53,652 nt of DNA from an uncultured Planctomycetia bacterium (GCA_964450115.1 CAYVCD010000002.1:1-53652); one strand, 5' to 3'; shown: positions 14,346 to 25,900, numbered from the stretch's first letter. Notes: generated by a model not told the origin, from the sequence alone. A program made the numbers and translations.

Positions 14346-16571
14346 ATGGATAAGAGTAAATGGAACGAGATACAGGCGATACTATTATTTGCCATAGCCA
14401 TACTTATATTCATAAGTTTCATAACTTTCGATTTTTCTGATCTGCAATTATTCACTTCAAAGGTAAACCATCCTGTAAAGAACTTCGCAGGGCTTTTCGG
14501 CGCGTATCTTGGGGCCATCATGTTCTTCGTGATGGGGATGAGCGCCTATTGTCTACCCATACTTATATTGATATGGGCGATCGCGCGGTTTTCCGGCATC
14601 ACTCCGCAGAAGCTCTATTTTAAGGTCTTCGGCACATTCTTCCTCATATTGGCGTCGAGCGCCATGTTCTCTATAATAGGGCAGGGCGATAACAGCTTTC
14701 GTTTTTCACTCGGTGGTATCGTAGGGCTGGTCTTTTCAGACTTTCTTATAAGGTATTTAGGGTCAATGGGCGCCATCATTGTAATAATAGTCCTATTCCT
14801 GCTTTCAGTCCTTTTGGCGACAGAATTTTTGCTCATACCATTCCTGACGGCCCTTGCGCAAAAGAGCAGGGATTTTGTCTCCGGCTTGAGAGATAAAGGC
14901 AGCGTTATTCGCAAGAAGGAGTCTACCGCCCCTGTATTGAATAGGCCGGCGCCAGCTGTAATGCCGGTGAGAGAGAAAGAGCCCCCCAGAGCTATGCCCG
15001 GCGTGAACGTACCGGCCAACGTTGTGCTGCGTAATACCCCGCCATCCACCTCGAGACCCGTTCAGGCTTCGACTAATGTTAAGAAAGAAGAGCCTTCGGT
15101 CGAGGAAAGAAAAGTTACCCTTGCCGTTCAGAGAGATTTTACGCTTCCCAGCCTCGACCTTCTCGATTCGCCGCCGCCGTTGGAGCAGAGAAAGATAGAC
15201 GATGACTTTGAGGCGAACACTAAGATACTGGAAGAGACGCTCGCGGATTTTGATATAGAGGCCAAGGTCGTGGCATTCAATAAAGGTCCGGTCATAACCA
15301 GATACGAGCTTGAACCGGTTGCGGGAGTAAAGATACACAGGATAACATCTTTAAGCGACAATATAGCTCTCGCCATGAAGGCCCAGAGCGTCAGGATAGT
15401 TGCCCCCATACCGGGCAAGGGTACGATAGGTGTCGAGGTACCTAACTCTTCGAGCGCCATAGTCTATCTGAAGGAGGTCCTTGACTCTAAAGAATATAAG
15501 TCATCAAAGTCAAAACTTAAACTTGCTCTCGGCAAAGATATCGCGGGAGCTCCCGTGATAGCGGATCTCGCCACCATGCCGCATCTCTTGATAGCCGGAG
15601 CGACTGGTTCGGGCAAGACAGTATGCATAAACAGCCTGATAATGTCGATGCTATTCAATGCGACGCCCGAAGACGTGAAGTTCATAATGATAGATCCCAA
15701 GAGAGTCGAGCTGGCCGTATTCAATGACATGCCACATCTTTTGGCTCCGGTAGTTACCGACCATAAGAAGGTAGCTAGCACTCTCGACTGGGTCGTGAAT
15801 GAAATGGATTCGCGTTATGAGCTCCTTGCGAAGTCCGGAGTTAGGAACATAGACCTCTACAACGAAAAGTTCGGTAATAAACAGAATACGGAAGACGGAA
15901 CGCCGCCCAAAAAACTACCATATATAGTACTCATCATAGATGAGCTCGCGGACCTTATGATGATAGCTCAGAACGAGGTCGAGAGCGCGATAACGAGACT
16001 TGCGCAGTTATCGAGAGCCGTGGGTATACACATATTGCTGGCTACACAACGCCCGTCCGTAGATGTCATAACGGGTGTAATAAAGGCTAACTTCCCGGCG
16101 AGAATATCGTTTAAAGTTGCTTCCAAAGTGGACTCAAGAACGGTGCTCGATATTAATGGTGCGGATAAGCTGCTTGGCAGGGGAGATATGTTATTTATAG
16201 AGCCCGGAGCGTCGAGGCCTGTAAGGGCTCAGTGCAGTCTCATATCCGATAAAGAGATAGAGAAGATAACAGATTTTATAAAAGCTCAAAGAGCTCCCGA
16301 ATACATAGAAGAGATACTCGAGGTGCACAAGAAGACCGCCTTCAAGAAGTTCGATAAGGATGAGCTCTACGAGGAAGCGGTGAGGACGGTCCTGGAGACA
16401 GGGCAGGCTTCTGTATCCATGCTGCAGAGAAGGCTGGGATTAGGGTATGCGCGCGCGGCCAGGATCATCGATACAATGGAAGCCGAGGGGATAGTGGGGC
16501 AGTTCCAGGGGTCGAAACCAAGAGATATTCTTGTCAGCCTGCAGGATTACCGGGCCAAAAGTGGAAAATAA
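14346..16571 (+). CDS. ftsK: DNA translocase FtsK
   Basis: N-terminal TM helices, Pro-rich linker, motor domain with Walker A LIAGATGSGKTVCIN and Walker B IVLIIDELADLMM, C-terminal gamma winged helix (SVSMLQRRLGLGYARAARIIDTME). Confidence 0.93.
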   Translation: MDKSKWNEIQAILLFAIAILIFISFITFDFSDLQLFTSKVNHPVKNFAGLFGAYLGAIMFFVMGMSAYCLPILILIWAIARFSGITPQKLYFKVFGTFFLILASSAMFSIIGQGDNSFRFSLGGIVGLVFSDFLIRYLGSMGAIIVIIVLFLLSVLLATEFLLIPFLTALAQKSRDFVSGLRDKGSVIRKKESTAPVLNRPAPAVMPVREKEPPRAMPGVNVPANVVLRNTPPSTSRPVQASTNVKKEEPSVEERKVTLAVQRDFTLPSLDLLDSPPPLEQRKIDDDFEANTKILEETLADFDIEAKVVAFNKGPVITRYELEPVAGVKIHRITSLSDNIALAMKAQSVRIVAPIPGKGTIGVEVPNSSSAIVYLKEVLDSKEYKSSKSKLKLALGKDIAGAPVIADLATMPHLLIAGATGSGKTVCINSLIMSMLFNATPEDVKFIMIDPKRVELAVFNDMPHLLAPVVTDHKKVASTLDWVVNEMDSRYELLAKSGVRNIDLYNEKFGNKQNTEDGTPPKKLPYIVLIIDELADLMMIAQNEVESAITRLAQLSRAVGIHILLATQRPSVDVITGVIKANFPARISFKVASKVDSRTVLDINGADKLLGRGDMLFIEPGASRPVRAQCSLISDKEIEKITDFIKAQRAPEYIEEILEVHKKTAFKKFDKDELYEEAVRTVLETGQASVSMLQRRLGLGYARAARIIDTMEAEGIVGQFQGSKPRDILVSLQDYRAKSGK

Positions 16572-17376
16572 TAAGAGAGAGTCAAGGTCATCGGCTGTTT
16601 CCGTAGGCAAAAGATTGAGAGAGGCCAGAGAGAAGAGGTCTCTTACAATAGAGCAGGTACAGAAACAGACCAAGATACATTCTAGTGTCCTGATCGGGCT
16701 GGAAGAAGGCAGACCAAGCGATACACTGACCGATACATATATAAGAAGCTTCTTGAAGAAGTATGCGCAGTTCCTGGATATAAATTCGGTAGAGCTGTTA
16801 AAGGAATATTTTCCCACACATTCGGAAGCCCCCCCTAAGCCCAGCGCTCCTATACAGGAGAGCGTTCTGCCGAAAGAGGTCCAAAGTCCGCCGAAATTCC
16901 TGTATATAACAGGATTGGTAGTAGCGGCGATCATATCTCTAATGCTCCTTCTGTTCATTATCGGTAAAGTCTCGACCGCCTTTAATAAGGCGAGGCTTAA
17001 CCATAAAAAAAGTTCTGCTGTTGCAGCAAAGAAGAAGTCCTCCGCAGTAAGCGCAAAAACTGTTAAAAATAAGAAACCAGCTGTAAAGGCCAAATCCGAA
17101 ACAAAAGAGATCGTTCCTAAAAATTCCCGCTTAGTGCTTGAGATAAAGGTGAAAGAGGCGGTCCTCGTGACTCTGAAAAAAGACGGCATACTCTTCTTTG
17201 ACAGGGTCCTGCCCGCGGGTCTTGTCGAGAAGACGGAAGCCAATACATCTATAGAGCTCAATATCGCTAAGGCCGGAAGCCTTGATCTGAGCCTCAACGG
17301 AAGACCTATAGTCCTGCAGACCAGTGGCGTCATAAAAGGCCTCGAGATAACAAGAAAAGGCATAAGAATAAAATAG
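16531..17376 (+). CDS. rodZ: RodZ-like protein (XRE-type HTH + TM helix + DUF4115-like C-terminus)
   Basis: VGKRLREAREKRSLTIEQVQKQTKIHSSVLIGLEEG HTH, one TM (FLYITGLVVAAIISLMLLLFIIG), Lys-rich linker, beta-rich C-terminus. Start uncertain: TTG 16531 (track) or GTG 16561; both overlap the ftsK end. Confidence 0.65.
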   Translation: MSACRITGPKVENNKRESRSSAVSVGKRLREAREKRSLTIEQVQKQTKIHSSVLIGLEEGRPSDTLTDTYIRSFLKKYAQFLDINSVELLKEYFPTHSEAPPKPSAPIQESVLPKEVQSPPKFLYITGLVVAAIISLMLLLFIIGKVSTAFNKARLNHKKSSAVAAKKKSSAVSAKTVKNKKPAVKAKSETKEIVPKNSRLVLEIKVKEAVLVTLKKDGILFFDRVLPAGLVEKTEANTSIELNIAKAGSLDLSLNGRPIVLQTSGVIKGLEITRKGIRIK

Positions 17377-17386
17377 AAACTATTAA

Positions 17387-18724
17387 ATGACAAAGATCGG
17401 GATCGTAAGCCTTGGGTGTCCGCGCAATCTGGTAGATTCCGAGGTAATGCTCGGCTCTCTAAAAGAAGAGGGTTATGAGATAGCGGATGAAGTAGGCCTC
17501 GGGGTAGATCTCTTCATAATCAATACCTGCTCTTTTGTACAATCCGCGCGTGAAGAGTCGATCGACACCATAATAGAGGCCGCCCAACTCAAAAAAGACG
17601 GCAAGATCAAGCATCTCATGGTCTGCGGATGCCTGCCGCAATTGTACAGCAGTAAACTCTTAAAGAACCTTCCTGAAGTAGACTCGATTGTTGGAACGAG
17701 CGATCTGCCAAAGATAAAGAGCATCGTTAAGTCTCTGCTCAAAGATATACCGATGTCGTCCGTATCAAAAAAGCTGAACTATCTCTATAACGAAAATTCC
17801 CCGCGACTATCGCTTACGCCGCCGCATTTTACTTATTTAAAGATCTCCGAGGGGTGCGATAATCTCTGCAGCTACTGCATAATACCGCGTTTGCGCGGAA
17901 GATTCAGAAGCAGGCCTATAGAGTCTGTGATAGATGAGGCAATAAAGCTGTCTCTATCCGGCAAAATAAAGGAGATCAATATCATAGGCCAGGATACTAC
18001 GCTTTTCGGCAAGGATATATACGGCAGACAAAGACTTCCGGAGTTATTGAAAAAATTAGCCTCCCTAAAGAGCAGTGTTGAATGGATCAGGCTTCTTTAC
18101 ACGCATCCCGCGCATTACAGCGACAAGCTTATCAATACTTTGCGCGATGAGAAGAAGATATGCAGATACCTTGACCTGCCGATCCAGCATATCAGCGATA
18201 AGATATTAAAGAAGATGAACAGACATACTACGAAAATTGAGATAAAAGGCCTGATAGAAAAATTGAGAAAGAATATTCCCGGCCTCACCTTAAGGACTTC
18301 TGTTATCATCGGATTCCCGGGGGAGACGGATAAGGAGTTCGGAGAACTTCTGGAGTTCCTTGAAGATACGAGGTTTGAAAAGCTCGGGGCGTTCATATAT
18401 TCCGCTGAAGAGGGTTCTATGGCCTGTAAGTTCGAAGGGCAGGTACCGGAAAGAATAAAGAACCAGCGGTTCGATGAGGTGATGAAATTACAGCAGAAGA
18501 TATCGGCGGATATCAACAGGTCATATATGGATAAGACGGTAAGAGTTCTTATAGACGAGAAGCTAGAGGGTGAGAAGGATGAGTTCGCGGGCCGCACGGA
18601 GGGCGACGCGCCGGAAGTAGACGGATGCGTTTATGTCTCCGGGCGCAGTGTCAAAGCGGGCGAATTCTGCAAAGTCAAGATCACCGATAGCCTGGAGTAC
18701 GATCTCGTCGGGGAGGCCGGATGA
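17387..18724 (+). CDS. rimO: ribosomal protein S12 methylthiotransferase RimO
   Basis: KIGIVSLGCPRNLVDSEVMLG N-terminal MTTase cluster, radical-SAM CDNLCSYC motif, C-terminal TRAM domain (FCKVKITDSLEYDLVGE). Confidence 0.85.
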   Translation: MTKIGIVSLGCPRNLVDSEVMLGSLKEEGYEIADEVGLGVDLFIINTCSFVQSAREESIDTIIEAAQLKKDGKIKHLMVCGCLPQLYSSKLLKNLPEVDSIVGTSDLPKIKSIVKSLLKDIPMSSVSKKLNYLYNENSPRLSLTPPHFTYLKISEGCDNLCSYCIIPRLRGRFRSRPIESVIDEAIKLSLSGKIKEINIIGQDTTLFGKDIYGRQRLPELLKKLASLKSSVEWIRLLYTHPAHYSDKLINTLRDEKKICRYLDLPIQHISDKILKKMNRHTTKIEIKGLIEKLRKNIPGLTLRTSVIIGFPGETDKEFGELLEFLEDTRFEKLGAFIYSAEEGSMACKFEGQVPERIKNQRFDEVMKLQQKISADINRSYMDKTVRVLIDEKLEGEKDEFAGRTEGDAPEVDGCVYVSGRSVKAGEFCKVKITDSLEYDLVGEAG

Positions 18725-19311
18725 ACCTACCGAATAAACTGACGGTGCTGCGCATAATCCTCGTAGCCATCTTCATGTTCTTTCTCTTCTCAAAGGGCGT
18801 ATTGATGAAATCCCTGGCGCTCGCCACTTTCGTCATCGCGTCATTCACGGATATACTGGATGGTTATATCGCGAAGAAGTATAATATGGTGACCGATTTT
18901 GGCAGGCTGATGGACCCCATAGCGGACAAGATACTGGTCCTGTCGGCATTTTTAGCATTCGTCGAAATGGAGTTGATACCCGCTTGGATGGTTGTTATAA
19001 TAATATTCAGGGACGTGGCGGTCACGGGCCTAAGGATGTCGGCGCTCACCAAAGGCAAGGTTATATCCGCTGATGAAGGCGGAAAACATAAGATGGTGTC
19101 CCAGGTCTTCGCGATACTGGCCATACTATTCTTCTTGATATTCAGAGAGGCGGGGATGAAGGTATTTGATTTTTGGAACGCTTCCACCGAACGTATTTAC
19201 AGGGACGCCATATTCGTTTTGATGTCTATCACAACTCTCTTGACATTGATAAGCGGATTGTCGTATCTTATAAGGAATAAGGGAGTGTACTTCAATGCGA
19301 AGGGTCATTAA
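18721..19311 (+). CDS. pgsA: CDP-diacylglycerol--glycerol-3-phosphate 3-phosphatidyltransferase
   Basis: NLPNKLTVLRI start and CDP-alcohol phosphatidyltransferase motif DILDGYIAKK...GRLMDPIADK. ATGA overlap with rimO. Confidence 0.88.
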   Translation: MNLPNKLTVLRIILVAIFMFFLFSKGVLMKSLALATFVIASFTDILDGYIAKKYNMVTDFGRLMDPIADKILVLSAFLAFVEMELIPAWMVVIIIFRDVAVTGLRMSALTKGKVISADEGGKHKMVSQVFAILAILFFLIFREAGMKVFDFWNASTERIYRDAIFVLMSITTLLTLISGLSYLIRNKGVYFNAKGH

Positions 19312-19753
19312 GTTCACTACAAGCTTCTTTTATCTGGGACACTCGCCGTTCATGCCCGGCACGCTTGGCAGTCTAGCAGGACTTCTCATATATTTCGTCG
19401 TTAAAGATAAACTGCCGATATATATTTTTTCTGTGCTTTTTTTATTTGCTCTGGGAATACTCTTTGCATCCGAAGCGGAGAGGATCTACAAGAGAAAAGA
19501 CGCCCAGATGATAGTAATAGACGAGGCGTGCGGCATGATGCTGTCATTGTTCCTGGTGCCGTACAGTTTTTGGATAATGGTGCTTGCCTTCGCGTTATTC
19601 AGGACATTCGATATCTTAAAGCCGCCGCCTGCCAAAGCGATAGAGAAATTCTCCGGGTCATTCGGCATAATGTTCGACGACATTATTGCCGCTATCTACA
19701 CAAATTTTATTCTTCAGATCATCTGCTTTATATTTCCGCGCATAGCAAGTTAA
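19295..19753 (+). CDS. pgpA: phosphatidylglycerophosphatase A
   Basis: LGHSPFMPGTLGSLAG and FRTFDILKPPPA motifs typical of PgpA. Overlaps the pgsA end by 17 nt. Confidence 0.85.
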   Translation: MRRVIKFTTSFFYLGHSPFMPGTLGSLAGLLIYFVVKDKLPIYIFSVLFLFALGILFASEAERIYKRKDAQMIVIDEACGMMLSLFLVPYSFWIMVLAFALFRTFDILKPPPAKAIEKFSGSFGIMFDDIIAAIYTNFILQIICFIFPRIAS

Positions 19754-19778
19754 GACATAAAAAAGATAGAATATAAAC

Positions 19779-19806
19779 TTGCCTTGGCCATACCACATGG
19801 TATAAT
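19779..19806 (+). promoter_or_regulatory. candidate sigma-70 promoter with extended -10 upstream of giant ORF2/ORF3
   Basis: TTGCCT (19779-19784), 16-nt spacer ending TGg, consensus TATAAT (19801-19806). This implies a roughly 180-nt leader before ATG 19991. Confidence 0.5.
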
Positions 19807-19918
19807 CTACATAATATATTATTCTAGGATCCCCACTGTATTAACTCGGGGGAGTTGAGGGTCTTTAGAAAATTGATGGCGATATTTATAATATCGAAGG
19901 TTCGCACCATCTAAAAAG

Positions 19919-19961
19919 ACCAGATAGCCTAGAACATGAAGCTTGGCAATCTGGTTTTTTT
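19919..19961 (+). terminator. intrinsic-terminator-like hairpin inside the ORF2 leader (possible attenuator)
   Basis: ACCAGAT-a-GCC (19919-19929) pairs with GGC-a-ATCTGGT (19945-19955), 15-nt loop, then a T7 run (19955-19961). An A-run sits upstream. It ends 30 nt before ATG 19991. Confidence 0.55.
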
Positions 19962-19990
19962 ATTTAACAATTGTTAAGAGAACAAATTAT

Positions 19991-22900
19991 ATGAAACTTA
20001 GGTTCAATAAAACATATAGGATCATAGCCGCAATGCTTCTTGTGGCTTTCCTCGCCCAAGACATCTCTTGGGCTTATCCAAGTCAAGCTTCTAATAGCAA
20101 TCTTGCTGTGCCGGGCTTGCAAAATGCGAGTGTATTAAGCAGACTGAAGAAGGTTCTTGCAAACAAACTTTTCAAGAAGAAGGGCAAGAGCTTCAATAAT
20201 TCCGCAATAGATACTACTATCAAAAAGGATCCAATTCCGCAAAACCATCTTTCTGCAAATATAGTCCTTCCGCCAGACATATCGGCTGCGCTAAAAGATA
20301 TCGATGAAAAGAATGCAAAGCATATAATCGATATGATCCGCCGTATATATAGTCATGAAAAAATAGGCATCATGCGCCAGAACCACTGGCTGGAATATAT
20401 CACAGGGCTTTTAAGAGACCCAAGAACGCAATACAAGATCGTTGCGTCAAAGGCAGCGGCTTTAATATTTGAAGATTCTTATCATCTGGATAAGATGGAT
20501 GAGGGGTCTTTGAGAAAGGCCGAAGAGGCATTGCTCGCAGCGCTTAACGATACCAATTTGCAGGTTCGTCTGGCCGTGATATCTGCTATGCATAAACTAG
20601 TTGAGTCCAGGTATGATGTAAGGGTCTATACGTTGAAGCAGATGGCCGGGCGCTTTGATGAGCTGATCAGAAAATATCATAAGGTAGATGCTACTCTTGA
20701 AGATGCTGCGCTGCGTGCGATGATGGCTTTATCAAGCGAAAGAGATATTGAGTTGAGCAGTGCATACGCGGTCAGGGCGTTCGATGAGAGCCTTAAAGCG
20801 CAGGCGAAGACGCTTGGAAAGAATATCCGGACCTTCCTGAAGGAAGAGAGGCGTTCCGACTTCAGGATGAGGGGCTTAAGCCGCGTTCTGGATAGGTGCG
20901 TCGCGGATTCAGGGATGGGGCTTACTGCTTATATAAGAAGCGTCTATTTCATGAAATTCATAGAGAGTCTTTTCAGCGACGAAAAAACTGATATCGCAAA
21001 AATAAAAGAATATGTGCTAAAGCTGCCGCGCGGCTCCAGTAATATTGATGGGCGGATAATTGTCTATGATCCTATCTTAAAATTGGCGGATAAAGAATTA
21101 TCGGAGATGTATTTTACTTCCGGGCAGGATGTCAGGTCATTATTGTCGTGGCGGAAGGATTCAGAGCCCGTCCAAGCCTTCGATTTCTACGGAGAAGTAT
21201 TTATGACGCAAAGCCGAGTGAGATTTCTTGAGATGGCAGATAAAGGACTCGTCTATTACGATGCAAACCAGAAGCGGTTTGTCACAAACCCCGCCACATT
21301 CATAGATGTGGCCTCGGGAGAAACCTCCATGCCGGATTCCGACCGGATAACGGATGGCGATGCCCTATCTATGTATATAGCTGAGTTAGAGGCTATGGAA
21401 TGCTATATAATGTCAGACGCAAAAAGCCATGAAAAAAACTTCTTGAGGCCACTTTTCGAGCTTCTATTCAATAGGCTCGAGAAGGACTTTGAAGGTTCGG
21501 AAGATTTTATAACATATTGCAGAGAATTGATAAGAAGATGGCCCGAGGGTTCATATGAGATAAGAAAGGCCATGAACGATGAAGAGGCTATTCTGCTGGA
21601 AAAGTTCGGGAAGATAAAAAACTCTTACGCGACAAGGAATGCTTCCATACAGCTTTACGGAATTCTGCTCTTCTATCTGACCCTGAAGCCGCAGCCCTAC
21701 CTGGGGCATCTCTATGATGAGTATATGAAGAACAGTCCGCCGCATAATCTGTCTCTATATAGAACGGGCATATCCTATCATACCAGAGGGGATAATGTGA
21801 TCTATTTCTTCCCGAAGAATCTTTTATTTAATGGAACGAATGCCGATGCGCTTGGAAAGCAAAGGAGGGGCGAGGCGCCTTTTGAGGACGCCAGGAAATC
21901 CGAAAACGCCGCAAAGATACTGGAGGCGGTGAAGATATGGCGCCGCGAATGTCCTAACCTCGAAAACAGGATAAAGCGCTTTGAGAATAATAGCACCGTT
22001 TCCGAGCTTATAATGAAGACATCGCTCATATTTTCGGATCCTGTGCACAACGTCATCAGAGTAGTCCATGCCGGACGGGGGAGGCGTCTCTTGTTTCTAC
22101 CGAAAAATTATCTCGACAGCCTGAGAGTTGACAGCGAATACGATATGAAGGAGCTTGCCGTATGGCTTAATTTTGCCCAGCGTTATCTGGATATACATGA
22201 TCACATGTCCGGCAGGAAGGTGGCGGCGCATCAGGTTCAAAAGGTCCTTTCCGAGCTGGTCAGAAGGTCTTTTGAAAAAGAGGATACGCATCTTGTCGAG
22301 CCGGAGATACTTAAATACAGAATGTCGCAGTTGATGAAGCAGGACGAGCTTATAAAATATAAGGATGTCTTAATTTCGCTTGCCCTTGAAGAGGCCGAAG
22401 TGCAGGTAATGGAAAAAATATCGCGTCCGACCAAGGACGAGCTCATGATTCTTGAAAACGCATATGGCCGCATCGCGCATGGCTATGAAGTGCTTGGCAT
22501 GAAATCGAGATCTGAAAGAGCATACAATGGTATGGCGGACATAATAACCAAGATCCAGTCCACGGACCCATGGGCGCTGCCTTATGAATTGCAGGTAGAT
22601 CTCATACTTACTGCATTGAGGTTCGGGCGATGGGAAGATTTTATCAATGAGCTAAAGATACTTCTAACCGGCAAGGGGTATCCGAGGGACATAAGATGGA
22701 CCGAACTCTCTTACATTATGAAAGAGATAATTACACCGGCGTCGATGGGCCCCAGAAGCCTGGAGAGCACTATCATGCGCGCATTGGCGGCTCAGATAGC
22801 GGCGGCTGATCCCAGATCGGCCGAAGTTATTAAAGAAACGGCTGACCAGGCCAACGGGATGTTAAGTAAATATTTCAAAAATCCATTCGGCAACCTGGGT

Positions 22901-25900
22901 ATGGACGACATAACCGGGTGTCCGAGCCCAGAGGCTCTAGAAAGGCTAAAGAAAGGCGAAGACAATCCGAACAGTTTGATTGATGTAGAAAATAGACTGG
23001 TAAGAAAAGTTGCGGGCTTTGAGAGCTGCACCGATATAGGAAGGATGGATCCCTACTCCATCAGCATGACCACGAGGACCGCCAATACCCTGGAAGGAAT
23101 GGGGTATATACTTAATGAGTTCAGAAAGCCCGTAGGCGATGCAGGCATCTCTGATGCCGAAGTTGCGCTAATAAATAAAAGCGCGGTTGTAGTGAACATG
23201 ATGGATAAGAATGGGCATGAACAAAGCTGTCTTTTAAAGATCCTAAGTAGAGAAGATCCTGTTGAGAAAGCGGTGGAAAATTTCTTAAGAAACGACCTGA
23301 GCGTATACGAGGGTTTAGCGAAAAATAACGGTTGCAAAAATATAATATTGGTTCTTGGTAAAAAACATCCATCCTATCCGACAAATATAATAGTGCCTTC
23401 AGAGCGGGGAGAAGACATTCTTATAGTAAGCTATGGATCCGGTGAACAGCCCGAGCATATAAACGCAGCTTCGGCTGGAGATGCTGTCAAGAAGTCAGGG
23501 ATATCGGATCCTGATGCGCTAGAGGCTTTCTTAAAGATACAGAAAGAGGCTAGTCTGCAAAGCGTATATAAAGCCGCGGAATACTTTATAGGGATAGGCA
23601 CACCGGGAGCCGAAAGGTTATTGAAGATGGCCGTAACTAAGAAGGGCCATTTCCAAGAAGAATTTTTAGGCGAATTTATTGAAGCCAGGGCAGTAGAAGA
23701 CAATATAAGATATTCGAGAGTGATAGAGTTGGGCATGGAAAGGTTCGGAGCGGAAGTGGATTTTGTATTGGAGGTCGATAGGTCAAAATACCAGTCTAAT
23801 ACAAAAGGCGGCTTTGAGCTGGAAGATGGAGTTTATCTTGGCGAGTCTAAAACGTCAGATAAGTCCAACTCTCTTGAAAGGGTAATTGAGGGCGCGGTCT
23901 CGGATAAAGTGGAAAGATACCTGCGCGTCGCGCTGAATAAGCGGAAATCCGAATCCGGAAATCCGAACGCTCCTTTAATAAAGGGCATAATATTTGCCAT
24001 TGGCGGCGAAACAGTTCGGTCGGAGGGCGTTGTAGATTTTACTATTACCCGCCTAGAAGAAGGCGATAACCTGCGTTCCGATGGCATCGGAACATTCCTG
24101 GCGCTCATTCCCGATACGATAGTAGCCAGAGGGAGGGACAGATTAACATTCAAAGAGAGGTCTTTTATTTCCGATCTGCTTTCAGATTTAAAAGCGCGCG
24201 GAATGTTGGATAGCGCGCGCATCTCCTCTCTTGTCCCGATCTTGAAAGCCGCGCTGATGGAATACGGCCTTAGCCGCACACAGTTTATGATATCCGATGC
24301 TATAAAAGAAGCCGGTGCAGATCCGTATATAGGACAAACGCAGAATAAGGAGATATGGAACAGCGTATTTCGCGCTCTTGGCGCCAGGACAGGCATATCG
24401 CTTAATATGGATTTCCAGAGCCAGAAATTTCTCATTGACCGCGAAGCTTCGGTAAACGGCAGGACCGATCTTGAAATAAGCTACTGGCAATCCGGTTTGA
24501 GCGAATTCAAGAATACGAGGGGCAGAGCAAGATGTGAGTTCGAGATAGCCGGCCTGCCGGGCAGGTGGGTTCCGTTAATAGATGAGCATGATCAAGTAGT
24601 CATAGCGCATATATCCGACAGCGGTAGCCAAAAAGCCCTCAATGATTATTTTGTTTTCCGCCCTGATGTGACTTCAAAAGATTTATTGATAGACAAAGAG
24701 TTGGAGAGATTAGCCCTCGGGTCAGAGAGGCTGTTGTATTATGCGCGCAGCGGAGCAGATCCTGTGCCTGTGCGCATTCCGGTAACGGTGTCTTATGACG
24801 AAAAGCTTACTTCGAATGTTTTGATAGGGTATATAAAGGCTGCTATAGGCGGAAGCAGACTTTTATATTATTTTGGGCAGCAGATCATGAAGAGCCCGGC
24901 GCGTTGGGAGGCTTGGGGACTCGAGCCGGAATTAGGTAGTGCCGGCGCCATAAAGGCTGTGGCCAGGCCGTTTGGTATCTTAGGCGACAAAGACGAAGGC
25001 TCGTTGGTATTTGACAGGCATGAAAAAATGGCCAGGGTTTCGGATATCGTCGTTCTTGACAATAAGGGCAAATTCGGGATCGTGGCGGAGTTTGGTTTTC
25101 ATGATATGTTCCAATTGTACCATAAATATGCAAATAGCTTCATCTTCATGGCGCAGCATGGCAGTAAGATATCCGGTCAAAGCTCGCGTTTGCCGCAGAG
25201 CGTATTGTTGTACGCTGATGACATAGCTATAGGCGGTAAGAAAGCGGCCCGTGAGAGTCAGGGTATCTCCGCAAGGAAATTAATTCTTGAAAGACTCGAG
25301 CAAATACTTGATCGCGCATCAAGCTCTTACCAAAAAGAGCCAAATATGCTCATGCCTAGAACGGTCTATTTTATGCTGGGCGGCGCTCTTACCGCAGATA
25401 GGCCCGCTTATTTTAAACTTCCAGTAATAGCACAATTCCGATGGCACAAAAAAGAAGGCAAGTATATCCCGGTGAAGAGCGGCCTGAAGATACTGGAGGG
25501 TGAGGATAATCTGGAAGGCTTGTTCCAGGCAGCCTACTCTTATATCAAGCGTGCGGAAGGCTTAATTCCAGGGCCTCTTGCCAAGCCCGAAGCTACAGTT
25601 GCTCCTTCATTAGAAATACCGGGATCAGCGGATATATTATCAGCGGCATTGGTGCTGGGGTTGCGCATTGCGGATTCTGTACCAGGCACCGCCAATGCTA
25701 TCGATGACGTCGTTAATAGCAAGGCATTGGTGCTATTTGCAGATGATATTTTGGAGCGTGGTACAGCTGCCGACCTTGCCTATACATTAAGAGAGTCTTC
25801 GACTCTGAATAATTCCACGATCGTCCTGTACGGAAAGAGGCCGGGCAGAGCGGAATTGCTGGAGAAGATCATAAGCTCATCAGCTCAAGATAAGGGCATA

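Noticed and set aside
16440-17393. 317-aa minus-strand ORF antisense to the rodZ-like gene. Likewise 13763..14521 (antisense to uppP), 11269..11919 (antisense to pnp) and 53335..53643 (antisense to recA).
   Set aside because: The plus-strand genes carry unambiguous family signatures. The antisense translations are Ser/Phe-rich and motif-free.
19936-19977. 13-codon mini-ORF (MKLGNLVFLFNNC) overlapping the 3' arm of the leader terminator, a possible leader peptide.
   Set aside because: There is no Shine-Dalgarno upstream and no obvious regulatory codon run. It is too speculative to call.
19943-19990. TTG start for ORF2 given by the ORF track (adds MAIWFFYLTIVKRTNY).
   Set aside because: It lies within the leader terminator hairpin and T-run and has no Shine-Dalgarno. 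ATG 19991 yields an N-terminus parallel to those of ORF1 and ORF3.
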